Assembly: GCA_964016885.1 (NCBI GenBank)
Contig: OZ024742.1
Coordinates: forward strand, 225,060,001 to 225,124,000
Reading direction: 5' to 3'
DNA length: 64,000 nt
From: Eledone cirrhosa
Lineage: Eukaryota
The notes under the pieces were generated by a model. It was given only the letters and a program-made list of their open reading frames with translations. It made no database searches and was not told where the DNA came from. Below, in pieces: positions 43,819 to 59,449 of this stretch; position 1 is the first letter of the stretch, and every line of letters starts with the position of its first letter. The translations under genes were made by a program, and so were the position numbers.

Positions 43819-45034
43819 ATAATAATAAGTGTGACGACTAAACTCCAAAGAGGGCTCGATAAGGATAAATATATATCAAATATATAAGAACCATAGAGCA
43901 AACATTTATTAAAATAACAGATTAAACTTTAATCTGTTGTTCTAATGTATATATATATATATATATATATATACGTAATCTGAGTTTTTCGAATATCAAT
44001 AATAATATTCGATTCGTTTGCAATTATGCAAACAGCCTCTTTACGCCATGTCAGTAGAATGACCTCGTCATTCTAGCTCTTGCGTTGGCATACAAACAGA
44101 ACGGCAACGACTAATGTTTCTGGCTGATTACCTTTCATCAGTACCGTATACTGCTTACCTACTACACTGTCAGAGCTAGTGAAAATATATGATATTTTCT
44201 GAAATATACAGTGACTGATCGGCCTGATTTGCATATTAGCAGACTGGCTGATCAGTCAGATCTGCATATTAGCAGACCCACTGATCAGCCAGATTTGTAT
44301 ATCAGCAGACAGGCCAGTCATGTATACGAGGGATTAATGGCCGGCTTTGCCATATTCAAATAAATAACAAATACTTTTATCGATATGTATATATGTATAT
44401 ATCTAGGAGAGGGAAACTCTAAAAAAAAAAACCTGCGGCTTCGGAAGCATCCGATGTTGTTGACCAGTTCTCCTTTTTCGGGTAGTGTTTTCGATGCTCA
44501 GAGAGTGGGATTAGTCGAGTGCAAGGCTTTTCCCCACTTAAAAAACATTCAAAGCACAGGCATTGATTGTTATATGTTTGTGTGACTGGCCGTAGCCTAA
44601 AAGTGTACCAAATTATATAATCTGACAAGCGATTGCATTACTCTTAGCAGAGCTTGCAGCCATCATGTATGTATATACGAATATATATATTACGAATGAA
44701 AGATCGAAAACTCAGATTAACATACTTTATTCATTATTAGGAGTATCAAATGTTTCGCAAATGACCAGCTCGGAGTCATAATGGATTCAGATACGACTCT
44801 GGAATCGATTAACTCATTAGTTGTAGTAGAGGTCAGAATTACACGTGATTACGAATAAAATATGTTAAAGTGAAACTTGGGTTTTTCATTCTTAATATAA
44901 ATCCTCTGCATATTACGCCAACAACAAACAGGAACCAATGTTCATACATTTAATACTGAATACCCAATTCACGTACAAGCATAAATGCTCAAACAGGTGC
45001 GACCAACAGTAATAAATTATTACTCAACAACTGG

Positions 45035-45750
<716 letters not shown>

Positions 45751-46542
45751 ATACATACATAATGTTGTGGAACTAACATTATATGTATGTACATTATTAT
45801 ATGTATATACATACATATATAATGTTAGTTCCACAACATATTAGCAATCCCTCTTCGAGGACACGTGTTTCACCTAACGGATTTTGAACTAGATTTGAAA
45901 ATTTGTTTGGTGAAACACGTGTCCTCAAAGATAGTTTGTTGATATGTTGTGGAACTAACTTTATGACGAACTCGTCCTATGGACTGAGTGCTCTACTTAC
46001 TACGGTTATAACCTCCCATTGTTCTACCTCAATATATATAGGCTGAGCTCCGGCCGTTTCGACAGACGTCGGGATCCTGACTCTTTTCCTATTACCCAAT
46101 CTACTACCCTAAGTATTGAGTACTCTGGTGCGTTATGGCCCACTTGGTATCTTACCACACCCTCTTTGTTAGATATATATATATATATTAATTTATTTAA
46201 AAGATTGTATAATGTTTACTTGTTCCGCTCATATTTACAGTTCTGGTATCTCAAATTAGTACCATAGAACAACCACTATTATAGACACCATATATATTTC
46301 CGTGGGTACTTGGTACCTACTGGATTATCTATATCATTTATCTGAATTCTCCTTAATGTTGAGTAAAAAATGTTGTATCATGCTGCTATTTCTAGTAACA
46401 TGAAATATCAACGAGTCTATTATTCCCGCTTTTTCTAACGGCCCATTTGTGTGGGGAGTCATTTTAACGGCTTGATTCATTGACCGGGCAGAAAGCGATA
46501 CATCTACATCTACGTGGATTTATATCTAGTAGGTTTGGAAAA

Positions 46543-46622
46543 GCTATCTGAAGAGCTATATTTTTCCATTGGAAATTCTCTGAATTTCCAATCTTTTGAT
46601 TAGCGAAACCGTCGGTCATGGC
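46543..46622 (+). ncRNA. Type I hammerhead ribozyme with an extra hairpin in loop II
   Basis: gctat CTGAAGA gcta[..attggaaattc tct gaatttccaat..]tagc GAAA ccg t cgg TC atggc; canonical G10.1-C11.1 pair and GUC site. Confidence 0.9.
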
Positions 46623-46692
46623 ACTAGAAGAGGTAAATATTTAAATCGTATTTTAATTTATTTAAAAGATGGTTTAATGTTTACTTGTTCCG

Positions 46693-46749
<57 letters not shown>

Positions 46750-46949
46750 ATATATATATATATATATATATAGTGAAAAATGGAACGAGAACAAAGCAGA
46801 GAGGCAGTACGAACAAAGGTTTATTAGTTTCACGCTCTTGCGAGTCGGGGGGTGGGATATATATATATATATATAATAATTTCAAGCTTATTAGCTATCG
46901 TCAGCAAGTATATACTTTCAGACGTTCAATCATCTGGCAGGAAGGTATA

Positions 46950-46990
46950 CGTTGCTGACGATAGCTAATAAGCTTGAAACTAGTACAGCG
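46950..46990 (+). ncRNA. Minimal type I hammerhead ribozyme
   Basis: cgttg CTGACGA t agct aata agct t GAAA ctag TA cagcg; inverted partial copy at 46880-46907. Confidence 0.82.
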
Positions 46991-47212
46991 TTCCTTTGTC
47001 AGGGTTGAACAAATGAGCAACGATGGTTGCTAGACACTGTACGGCTTAATTCGGGATGTTTGTTTACAAACACACCGAGCATTATAATAAATGTTCGGTG
47101 AATCCATACGTACATGTATATATGTATGTATATATATATACATACTACTGTACGTCTGTATACATATATGTATGTACGTATACATACTTATATTTAAGTG
47201 ACAATATATATT

Positions 47213-47433
47213 AAAGGAACGATCGACTTTCGTCAAATTGGACCGAGGGAACAATGTTTCCGTTGGTCTTTCCAATTGCTAATACTATCTATCGGTCGCA
47301 ACTCCAGGTAGAAGGAGCAACGTGAAATAAAGTGTCTTGCTCAAGGACATAACGCATCGCCTGGTCCAGGAATCGAACTCACAACCTTACGATTGCGAAT
47401 CCAATTCTCTAACCACTCAGCCACACGCCTTCA
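47213..47433 (-). mobile_element. tRNA-derived SINE with structured tail (same family as 467-688)
   Basis: A box tggctgagtgg, B box gttcgattc, same head/tail junction. Confidence 0.82.
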
Positions 47434-47743
47434 CTATACATATATATTACTTCACTATACATATATATTAAGCGTGAATACATATATATTCACGCTTAAA
47501 TTAACGGTTGCAAGGATGAATACGCAATGCTACAGTTGCGAAAATATTCTTTAATTAGGGCCACGTTTTAGTGTTGTTACCCTAGAGTTTCTTCCGTATA
47601 CTCACAAGATCATCAGAGATACGTCTTGTCTGATGGTATTACTAAAGAATATATATACATATATCTGTTTTGAGTCTCGTCTTTCTCCTTTATGCTCCTC
47701 ATTCCTCATATTTTTCAAAATTGTCGTGTGATGATGACTAATG

Positions 47744-47841
<98 letters not shown>

Positions 47842-47890
47842 CATATATATAAATATATATATAAATATATATATATGTATATATATATAA

Positions 47891-47962
<72 letters not shown>

Positions 47963-47997
47963 TATATATAAATATATATATATGTATATATATATAA

Positions 47998-48042
<45 letters not shown>

Positions 48043-48046
48043 TATA

Positions 48047-48079
<33 letters not shown>

Positions 48080-48114
48080 AATATATATATATAAAAATAT
48101 ATATATATATATAA

Positions 48115-48153
<39 letters not shown>

Positions 48154-48644
48154 TTATATATATACATATATATATATACATATATTTATACACATACATA
48201 CATATATATATATATTTTTTTTTATGTATGTACGTAGTATGTATATATGTTTGTGTGTATGTATATATGTATGTATACATGTATATCCATTTTCCATTTT
48301 TTTTTTCAAATTTTTTTCTGAATATTTAAAAAAGAAAGGAAAAAATAAAATTATTTAACCCGCACCATCTTTAAAAACAAATTTAACTAATGTTTTCCAA
48401 AATACATTAGTGTTATCCAATTGAAATATGAAAAAAAATGTCATACGTAATTTTAACTTTGCTAAAACCCATAAAGCTATGTCGGCCATTGATTAGTAGA
48501 TAATAGAGAGAAAATCAAAGATACACAACCTTCGTCACTCAAAGACCGCCAACCATTAAAAGTGATAATTTCTTTATCTTTTCTATAAAGAGAATCTTCG
48601 ACTTAAATGATTCATATATATATACATTCATACATATGCATATA

Positions 48645-48703
<59 letters not shown>

Positions 48704-48786
48704 TTATTTATATATTTATGTATTTATTATATATGTATATGTGTATGTATATAAGTATATACATATATATATATGTGTGTGTGTGC

Positions 48787-48817
<31 letters not shown>

Positions 48818-49409
48818 CACACACACACATCAATATACGTATGTAGCTAACGATTTTTCTATATATCTATATCTTTAATTTGCTACTTATGTTGTGGCAC
48901 CATATGTTGCTTTTATCTATGTGCCGGCGTTTGCTGTAGACCTATACACACACACACACGCGCGCACACGCACACGCACACACACACACACAGACACACA
49001 CAAATGTATGCTAAGAAAGTATTTCCAACGTATACGTACATGAAACAAACATTACGCACAGTCTCTCTTTAATACACATACGAACAAATGGACATTTATA
49101 AATAGAAATACCATATATACAGGCATATATGTGAGTGTTCATGTGTGTGTATGTGGGTCTGCGTGCGAGTGTTTATCTATGTGTGTGTGAGTGTGTGTTG
49201 TGTATGTATATGTATATTTAAATATATATATGTAATCAAATGTATGTAGATGGATATTTTGGTAAATATGTATCTATGTTCACAGATCAGCCACATTTTT
49301 ATCGATACAGAAACAGATATATGTCTGTATGCGTACATCTGTATAAACATATACATAGGTACATATATATACACATACATATCGGCTTTTCTTGTGTTTG
49401 CACTCACAC

Positions 49410-49476
<67 letters not shown>

Positions 49477-49602
49477 TTTATATGTAGGCACAGATGTGCA
49501 TTTGTAGTGTATAGCATATATATATATATATGTATGTATTGTTTATATACACACATGTGTGTGCGTGTGTATATAGATTATATATGTATATATACATACA
49601 CT

Positions 49603-49633
<31 letters not shown>

Positions 49634-49648
49634 GTATAAATATATTTA

Positions 49649-49736
<88 letters not shown>

Positions 49737-49969
49737 GACACACAAAGGATAAAAAGTCTATTTTATCTATAATTACAGATAGATTTTTCTTTTAAAGTTA
49801 TTTTCAAGAAGGAAAAAGGTGAAGAAAAGATTTTAAAAAAGCTTTTACATATAACTTTCTCTTTAAACCGTATATTCAAACATTCAAATAATAAAACTTA
49901 AAATTTGCATATAGAACTATATTATATTATATCTATTAATACACTTACACACAAACACACACTCACACA

Positions 49970-50025
<56 letters not shown>

Positions 50026-50051
50026 ATATATATATATATGTATATATATAC

Positions 50052-50116
<65 letters not shown>

Positions 50117-50132
50117 CATAAATATATATATA

Positions 50133-50163
<31 letters not shown>

Positions 50164-50164
50164 C

Positions 50165-50226
<62 letters not shown>

Positions 50227-50253
50227 GAAATATATATATATATATATATACAT

Positions 50254-50301
<48 letters not shown>

Positions 50302-50584
50302 AGACAGAGAGGGAGATGTACAATACATGTAGGCCCACTTCCATTCTCCTTTATAAGTTAGTCAAAGGAAAAGACTCAGTACCAGTAACCTTTGCACGCC
50401 CTCCAGTCTCCAATTTCTATACACTCGTAATCTAACTTTTCGTAAGTAGCCATGTGTAAACTTAAATGCTTATAAAACTTTAGTTTATATACATTTTTAT
50501 ACCATTATATGATTTATAATATGAATATATATATACATATATAAGTGCTTGGCTGCACTTTCTGATTGCATTCGTTGGCTTAGC

Positions 50585-50619
50585 TGCAGCTCGTGCTTAA
50601 ATTATGCTGCACTTCCATT

Positions 50620-50650
<31 letters not shown>

Positions 50651-50810
50651 ATATTTATATATATATGCATAATATATAAATGCATATATATGTTCGTATA
50701 CATATCTCTCTCTCTCTCTCTCTTTCTATCTCTCTCTCTCTATATATATATATATGTGTGTGTATATACACGCACAGCAGCTCGTGCTTCAATTATGCTG
50801 TACTTCCATT

Positions 50811-50858
<48 letters not shown>

Positions 50859-50878
50859 TATATATGTTCGTATACATA

Positions 50879-50911
<33 letters not shown>

Positions 50912-50980
50912 ATATATATATATATGTGTGTGTATATACACGCACAGCAGCTCGTGCTTCAATTATGCTGTACTTCCATT

Positions 50981-51068
<88 letters not shown>

Positions 51069-51150
51069 TATATATGTTCGTATACATATCTCTCTCTTTC
51101 TCTCTCTCCCTCTCTATCTCTCTCTCTATATATATATATATATATGTATA
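50585..51150. repeat. Tandem triplication of a ~180-bp microsatellite-containing unit
   Basis: cagctcgtgctt(c/a)aattatgctg(t/c)acttccattt repeated three times. Confidence 0.9.
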
Positions 51151-52131
51151 TACACACACACACACACACGTGTATGTGTGTGTGTTTGAAACCTTGTCAA
51201 CAGTATTAAAATTGACTGGGAAATCCACAATAATGCAAACTTGAGTGAAAACAAAAGCAATTCAAATACAGCAGTCTTCACTTTTACTTTATATTTCAAT
51301 AATCCGGTTGTTAAAATCCTTTTATCTATAGAAAGGCGGAAGAAATAGCTTTGATCTGATCTATACGCTTGAGTTAATGTAATGGAATACGACATGCGCA
51401 CATTGGTAGTTTTTATTAGGCAATTATCACCGCCGCACACTTCGTTACTGCTGTTGATAGAGGGCTTTAGTTTATTAATAGGGATAGCCTGTTTAATCTG
51501 TTTCGTGTCTTACATGATTGACTGTTATATCCTTGTTATAACATTTTCCCATACGTATTTGTTTATCTCCGGAAGCATTTGTATATATGTGTTCCTTCGT
51601 CGGATAGAATGTTTTGCGGTAATCTCTGCGCTCTGAATTCAAATCACACTGAAGTCAACTTTGTCTTTCGTCACTTTGAGATCTATATATACGATATATG
51701 AACTAGTAGCTTGATATATATAATATATAACAAAGAGGATGTGGTAAGATACCTGGTGGTCCATAACGCACCAAAGTACTCGATACTTGGGTTAGTAGAG
51801 TGGGTAATATGAAAAGATTCAGGACCCCGACGACTGAGCTCCGGCCGTTTCGTCAACTAGACCTAGCTGTCGAAACAACCAGAGCTCAGCCGTTGGACTC
51901 CTGAATCTTTTCATATATATATTCTCTTTTACCTGTTTCAGCCATCCGGCTGAGGCCATGCTGGGGCACCGATATATATATATATATATATATTGATCTC
52001 TCTGTCCTTCTCTGAGAGGAATCGGTGGTGTTCAAACTTGGAGATGGATGAGCTCCACCGTGTTTAAAATGCTTATATCACTACGACTCTCCTTGGACTG
52101 CATCCCAAGTTCCCGGTCCATACATATATAT

Positions 52132-52358
<227 letters not shown>

Positions 52359-52740
52359 CATTAATGATGATGTGCACTTTACGAACGATTGCTTCTGACG
52401 TAAGAACTACAACAATTATTACTATTAAGACATACCACCTTTTTTGTATCCCACACTATATGGTACGTGCTAACTGCGTGTCCAGGTTGTTGATTAATGA
52501 GTTGGCCAATATATACACGTTCTCGTGTGTGGGACAGGCAATCTTTTTTTTTTTTTTTTTTTTAACAAGACCAAGAATTCGAATACGCTAAGGAAGGTCA
52601 AGAATTCGAATATGCAAGAGGAAGGGAAATGATGGGAATATGTTAGGAATCAAGTCTAGAAACAGGTGGACGTTTAACAAGGTTAAGAGCTTTGGTTGTC
52701 ACTCTCAGTAGGGTTACGGTCTGGTGAAACAAACACCGCA

Positions 52741-53418
52741 AAGTATTTTGTCGAAACGGACACTGCAAAGTATTTTGTCGAAACGGACACCATGAAGTAT
52801 TTTGTCGAAACGGACACCGGAAAGTATTTTGTCGAAACTGACACCGGAAAGTATTTTGTCGAAACTGACACCGGAAAGTATTTTGTCGAAACTGACACCG
52901 GAAAGTATTTTGTCGAAACTGACACCGGAAAGTATTTTGTCGAAACTGACACCGGAAAGTATTTTGTCGAAACGGACACCATGAAGTATTTTGTCGAAAC
53001 GGACACCATGAAGTGTTTTGTCGAAACGGACACCGGAAAGTATTTTGTCGAAACGGACACCGGAAAGTATTTTGTCGAAACGGACACCATGAAGTATTTT
53101 GTCGAAACGGACACCATGAAGTGTTTTGTCGAAACGGACACCGGAAAGTATTTTGTCGAAACTGACACCGGAAAGTATTTTGTCGAAACGGACACCATGA
53201 AGTATTTTGTCGAAACGGACACCATGAAGTGTTTTGTCGAAACGGACACCGGAAAGTATTTTGTCGAAACGGACACCGGAAAGTATTTTGTCGAAACGGA
53301 CACCATGAAGTGTTTTGTCGAAACGGACACCATGAAGTATTTTGTCGAAACGGACACCATGAAGTATTTTGTCGAAACGGACACCATGAAGTATTTTGTC
53401 GAAAGGAACACCACAAAG

Positions 53419-53421
<3 letters not shown>
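52741..53421. repeat. 24-bp minisatellite (aagtattttgtcgaaacggacaccatg/ccgga), about 28 units
   Basis: KYFVETDT-type repeats in the translation reflect the 24-bp period. Confidence 0.97.
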
Positions 53422-53472
<51 letters not shown>

Positions 53473-53690
53473 GATACAAAAAGTCTTATTAGTTTCACGC
53501 TTTATATATATATATATATTGTTATAATGTGGTGTTACACATGTTAGTATATCTGTATGAACGAAGGTTAAAACAAAATATTTACCAGACATTATTTCTA
53601 ACTACCAAGGAGATCACTACAATGACACTCTATATACACAGCCTACTGACAGTTCACTTCAGTTATTATTTATAGACGTTACGCCTAGTC

Positions 53691-54005
53691 CAGTGCTACT
53701 CAAAGTGGTGGTCTGCGGACCGGTGCCGGTATGCGAGCCATCAGCTACCGGTACGCGGCCAGTGTCCAGGCCAATGCTAAGGAATCATTTGAGGAATTTT
53801 TTTTATTACTTTTTTATATGTTTTGATATTGTATTATTTGTTTACAAAATAAATAGAAGATAAAAAAAATAGTCAACTATTATTATATTCATTATATATA
53901 TATCGTTTCCGGTATAAATTAATATTTCTACGAAATATTAGCGGTACGTGGCACATTGAAAAAAAAAATGCCGGTTTGCCACATCAGATAGTTTGAGAAA
54001 CATTG
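53691..54005. mobile_element. hAT (Charlie/MER5-like) MITE
   Basis: TIRs cagtgctactcaaa / tttgagaaacattg; exact 8-bp TSD gcctagtc at 53683-53690 and 54006-54013. Confidence 0.92.
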
Positions 54006-54270
54006 GCCTAGTCCACATTTGGTTACGCGGGGGGTGTTCAGAGTTTTTCCCTACAACACACACACACACACACATATATATATATCTTTTGAACGAAGTG
54101 TTTCTCTCTTGATAAGATTGTTCTATTAATGTAGGGCAGCATAGAATGTTTTTATTTCAATTATATTTAATGTCGATGTAATATTTTATTTGAAGGGTAT
54201 ACTATATTGTCTGTATTCATTTGTTTGCATTTTATTTACAATGTTTTGTTTGCTGATATAGGTATGATAT

Positions 54271-54457
54271 AATTGTTTCTACATTTGGCACAAGGCCAGC
54301 AATTACTCAGTACATTACTGGTACTTTATTTTATCGACCCTGTAAGGATGAAAGGCAAAGTTAACCTCGACGGGATTTTAACTCAGATCGTAAAGGGACG
54401 TAACTATGCTGGAAAGCTTGGCGTCCGACCCACCACCGATACTGCCAATCCACCGCC
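54271..54457 (-). mobile_element. Full-length SINE (Nin-domain-like family) with TSD
   Basis: Family core; flanking direct repeat atataggtatgatataat. Confidence 0.88.
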
Positions 54458-55344
54458 CTTATATAGGTATGATATAATGTTAATGAGTTAGTTTGGGATG
54501 AATAAATATTTGTGTTAAATATTGTTTTTGTAGCAGAGTAATTGTATTTTGGGTGGTAGGTCATGATTGGATTGGATTTGTTGTATCCGTTTACCTTTAC
54601 TTAGAACTTGGATGACGTATGAAAGAAGAAATTATATATATATATACTATAATAAATTGATGGGACAAGCATGGGTTTCACTCCGAGTACCGGATGCATC
54701 TCAGTGTACTCAATAGGTAATGTTAAGTAAACTCCCAGGGTCGACACATAGTTATTCACTTTAATGCAACACACGAAAATGGGTACCTTCAATCCATACC
54801 CGAACTCGAGTTTCTGCCACACTTAATGCAGTAATAGAGTGCACAGCATCCACTGTCTGCATTTATTATGCAACAATGCACAATCGGTGCATGTGGTTTC
54901 ATCAGTGGGTTTCGCCTAATCAATAACCAATCGAACAACAGAATTCGATTCCAGTTTGTGTCGGCTATGATTGAATATGACGGCCAACACAGTAAAACAT
55001 TAGCAACTGAAATCCCTACGCGTCATCACAATGCCATCAACTGATTGACCATTGGTTCAGAAATTTACGAAACAAAATTCAAATAGTTCCGCTCCTGCCA
55101 TAAGCTCTCAGCCAACGTATCTCAAACACAAATTAACAAACGAGTGAAAATCGGTATTTAAAAATCAGTCTCCATTCACTGTACAAAAGCATGGTAGCAT
55201 TCGGCTCTAGTCTCCAAGTTCCATGGCGAGAAATAGTGCAACAGTAACAATGGTAGTGTCTAAAATCATTCCGGGCATTAAATGCCAACATGCGATTAGA
55301 CAGCGATATAGCGTTAGCGCGCTGGTTAGAATTCGAATTATATA

Positions 55345-55442
<98 letters not shown>

Positions 55443-55732
55443 ATCCACGAACATTGTTTAAGTTTGGTGAAGAAATCGAATATCACAATATATTCCGTTA
55501 AAAGAAATCAATGTTATGTTTTAATATTGTTGTTGAATCTCCATCGATTTCAACAACGAGCGTTCAATCAACAGAACAGCCTCTCAGTGAAATTAACGTG
55601 CGAGTGGTCAAGTATTCCACAGACGTTTTTGTCTCCCCTTAGCGTATTTCTCTGGGAGATTCAGCGTCATACAATGTGTGACAAAGCTGGCTCTTTGAAT
55701 TACAATTACAACTAAAATAACAATAATAATAG

Positions 55733-56050
55733 TTGTTTCTACTTTTGGGACAAGGTCAGCAATTATCCCAGTGTATTACTGGTACTTTATTTTATCGACC
55801 CCGTAAGGATGAAAGGCAAAGTCAACCTCGGCGGGATTTGAACTCAGATCGTAAAGGGACGTAACTATGCTGGAAAGCATGGCGTGCGACCCTCTACCGA
55901 TACTGCCAATCCAATAATAATAATGGTTTCTTATATAGGCACAAGGCCAGCAATTTGGAAGGAGGGGAAAGTTGATTAAATCGACCCAGTGCGTGACTGG
56001 TACTTTATTTTACCGACCCCGTAAGGATGAAAGACAAAGTTAACCTCGGC
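55733..56050 (-). mobile_element. Two tandem SINE copies (Nin-domain-like family)
   Basis: Family core twice in reverse orientation. Confidence 0.85.
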
Positions 56051-56297
56051 AGGATGACAACTGTAATGACGGCAATAATAAAAAAAAAAGAAGGGAAAGA
56101 AAGAATAGTGAAATATAGAGAAAGAAAGAAGAAAAAGAACGGGAAGAGGAGAAGATGGCAAGAGCTCTGGTGTCGCAGAAAAGAGGGGGGGGGTAAAGGG
56201 GGAGTGTGATTGGGCTTTGGGCCTAGGGCAAGAGGGCAGAAGTGCTGCGCCCCGCGGACAAGAGGGTAAAAGCTTATTTTTACCAACTGAGTGGAGT

Positions 56298-56410
56298 GAA
56301 ACAACATGAAATATGTGTCTTTCTCAAGTGCCTAGCGTGCCTTCGGGAGTCGCACTCTTGACCATACGATCGTCAATCCAACACCCTAACGTCTAAGTCA
56401 TGTGTCTTCA
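56298..56410 (-). mobile_element. Degenerate tRNA-derived SINE head
   Basis: Diverged homolog of the 570-688 head. Confidence 0.55.
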
Positions 56411-57279
56411 CTAGTTGTAATAATGCTTGTCTAATCAACAATATTAATTATCCTAATTAGAATTGTAATGATATTTGTCTACAGTTTCCTGTTTAGTCAT
56501 TTTATCTGCTAATTTCAAATAACATGAAGCAAACGTGGTCAAAAGACACAGACTCAAAACATGGAGTATTTAGTAGGAAAGGAACAACGACTTCAAATAT
56601 ATCAAATCTCATTTTAAAATGTAACAGTTCGTAAGCAAGTATTTCGTTCATGTTTATCTTATTGGTTTTAACACGGGAAAAATAATTAACAGGCGAGTGT
56701 TTAGAGTCAAATAGATAAATAGATAGCTAAATAGATAGATAAATAGATAAATACTGAAGGGGGGGGGGATAATGTTTTCAATACAAATATGTTTTAAACA
56801 TTAACTGAATGAGCACTCAATACATGCTCGTAGAGTTTGTGGAAGATAAATAGATTTTTAAAAAAAGATAAGAAAATTAGAATAGAGGAGGTAGTCTTAG
56901 AATGTCGAGATAAGGAAAGAATTGTGTGCTAGAGTTGGCTAAAATAGCCCCGTGTATGTATGTTATGCACACATATATATATATACTTGTGTGTGTGTGT
57001 GTGTGTGTAATAATTTGTTTACGGCGTTCCTGTTTGTCCGTCGACGTCAACGTCTGTCACAGTCGTTCATATAATGTTTATCGTCTGCCGACTCAAAAGT
57101 TTTTAAAACAAAGCAATGTACTTATTTATTTATTATTTATTTATTTAATTTTTGCAATTTATAAATATATATATCCATATATTCAGACGTAGACACGTAG
57201 ACATGAATATACGAATACAAGCGAGCGTAAATGCGTATATGTCTATGAATATATATATATATATGTGGGTGTGTGTGCG

Positions 57280-57359
<80 letters not shown>

Positions 57360-57507
57360 TGTGTGTGTGTAATATGTATACGTGCGTCTCTCTGTGTGTG
57401 TATGTGTATATATATATGCACAACGCTTATATATTTATATGAGTGTATGTGTGTGTATGTATGTATTCATGTATGTTTGTATGTATACATCTGTCTGTAT
57501 ATGAATG

Positions 57508-57549
<42 letters not shown>

Positions 57550-57652
57550 TAACGCTTATATATTTATATGAGTGTATGTATGTATGTATATTTGTATGTA
57601 TGCATGCATGCATGTATGTATACACGTATCTACGTGTCCCTGGACATAAATG

Positions 57653-57732
<80 letters not shown>

Positions 57733-57890
57733 TTATATATATATATACATTATATGTATGTATGTATGTATATATATATGTATATATATATATATACATT
57801 ATATATATATATACATTATATGTATGTATATATATATATGTATATATATATATATACATTATATATATATATACATTATATGTATGTATG

Positions 57891-57945
<55 letters not shown>

Positions 57946-58013
57946 TATATATATATATATATACATTATATGTATATATATATATATATACATTATATAT
58001 ATATATATATACA

Positions 58014-58087
<74 letters not shown>

Positions 58088-59180
58088 GTGCACACATAAG
58101 TTGGGTTCATTTACTCACACATACACACTCGCATACAGCTAAACGCAAACAAAATTCTCTACATACATATATTATGTATACATAAGGAATAACCATTTAC
58201 ACAAACATCCATTCATACATATGAATGAATATAGTGTATACATATGTATAGATATATATCTTTACAAATATATATATATATATCTATATATATAATATAT
58301 ATATAATATATATATATATTAGTATATTAGTATATGTTTATATATGTGCGTATGTGTATGTAGGTAAGGTACGTATGTGTGTGTGTATGTATGCATGCAT
58401 ATATGTATGTAAGTTTGTGTACATGTATATATGTTTATATATGTTTATACATATGTTTGTTTATATATATTTACGTGTGTGCGTATTGTACAATGAAACA
58501 AAAAGTCACACAACACAACACATTCAAACAAACAGACACACATTCAAACTGAAAGACAGACATTCATTCCTTTGTATATATTAGAGGTGTCTTTTTTCTC
58601 TTGTAAACTTTGGCTGGAAGTGATTTTCGGTTATTTTGTAGGAAACGTTATCCTCCAGGCGTGAGACTTCATAAGACAGGGATAAAACCCGATACAGATA
58701 AACAGAGAAGGCATATAATTGCGTAAAGTAAACTTTGGGGGGGAGGCTATTGAGCTGAAAACTAAACAATGATAGCGCTAGACTGGGCTGATTAGGGAGG
58801 GTCAGCAAAATATATGTATAAATATGTGTGTACAAGTGTTTCAATGGTGTATTTTCTACTATTTTGACGTAAACCGTTAAATAGTAATTTTTTAACAACC
58901 CTGGGTGTTTGGGGCGGGGGGGGGGGGCGGTTCTGTTCTGCTTGTTTGTAAAAATTTGTTTGTAAACCATAACAATGTTAAGTTATTGTTTTTTCTATTG
59001 TTATATTTAATGCGAGGAAATTCAATAAGCTAACTAGAAATAATTATAAAGTGACAAAAATTATTGACTAATATAATTTTAATTCTTTCGACAAGTACTG
59101 GAGACAATTGCAAACATGTTTCGATTATATCAGACTCCGTCAGCGAAGTGTAACTACACAAAAGTAGAAGAAATCATCAT

Positions 59181-59216
<36 letters not shown>

Positions 59217-59449
59217 TATCATTATCATCATCATCATCATCATCATTATCATCATTATCACTATTATTATTATTGTTGTTGTTGATATTTTCCTTGGATA
59301 TCTGTATATTCAGATACATCCTACTGGGCCTCAACCAGAGTCCTCGAGTGGGTCATGGCTTGTTATGACACATTTTTCCAGCTCCATAGTAACTGCTTGT
59401 TACAAAATATATAATGGTTAAAGTTTCCCTTTTTGTCCGTGGGTACAAC

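Noticed and set aside
52696-53547. CRISPR-like array or repeat protein (KYFVETDT)
   Set aside because: Head-to-tail 24-mers without unique spacers, no cas genes, eukaryotic context.
58581-58970. 129-aa ORF as a host exon
   Set aside because: No recognisable domain or supportable splice structure.
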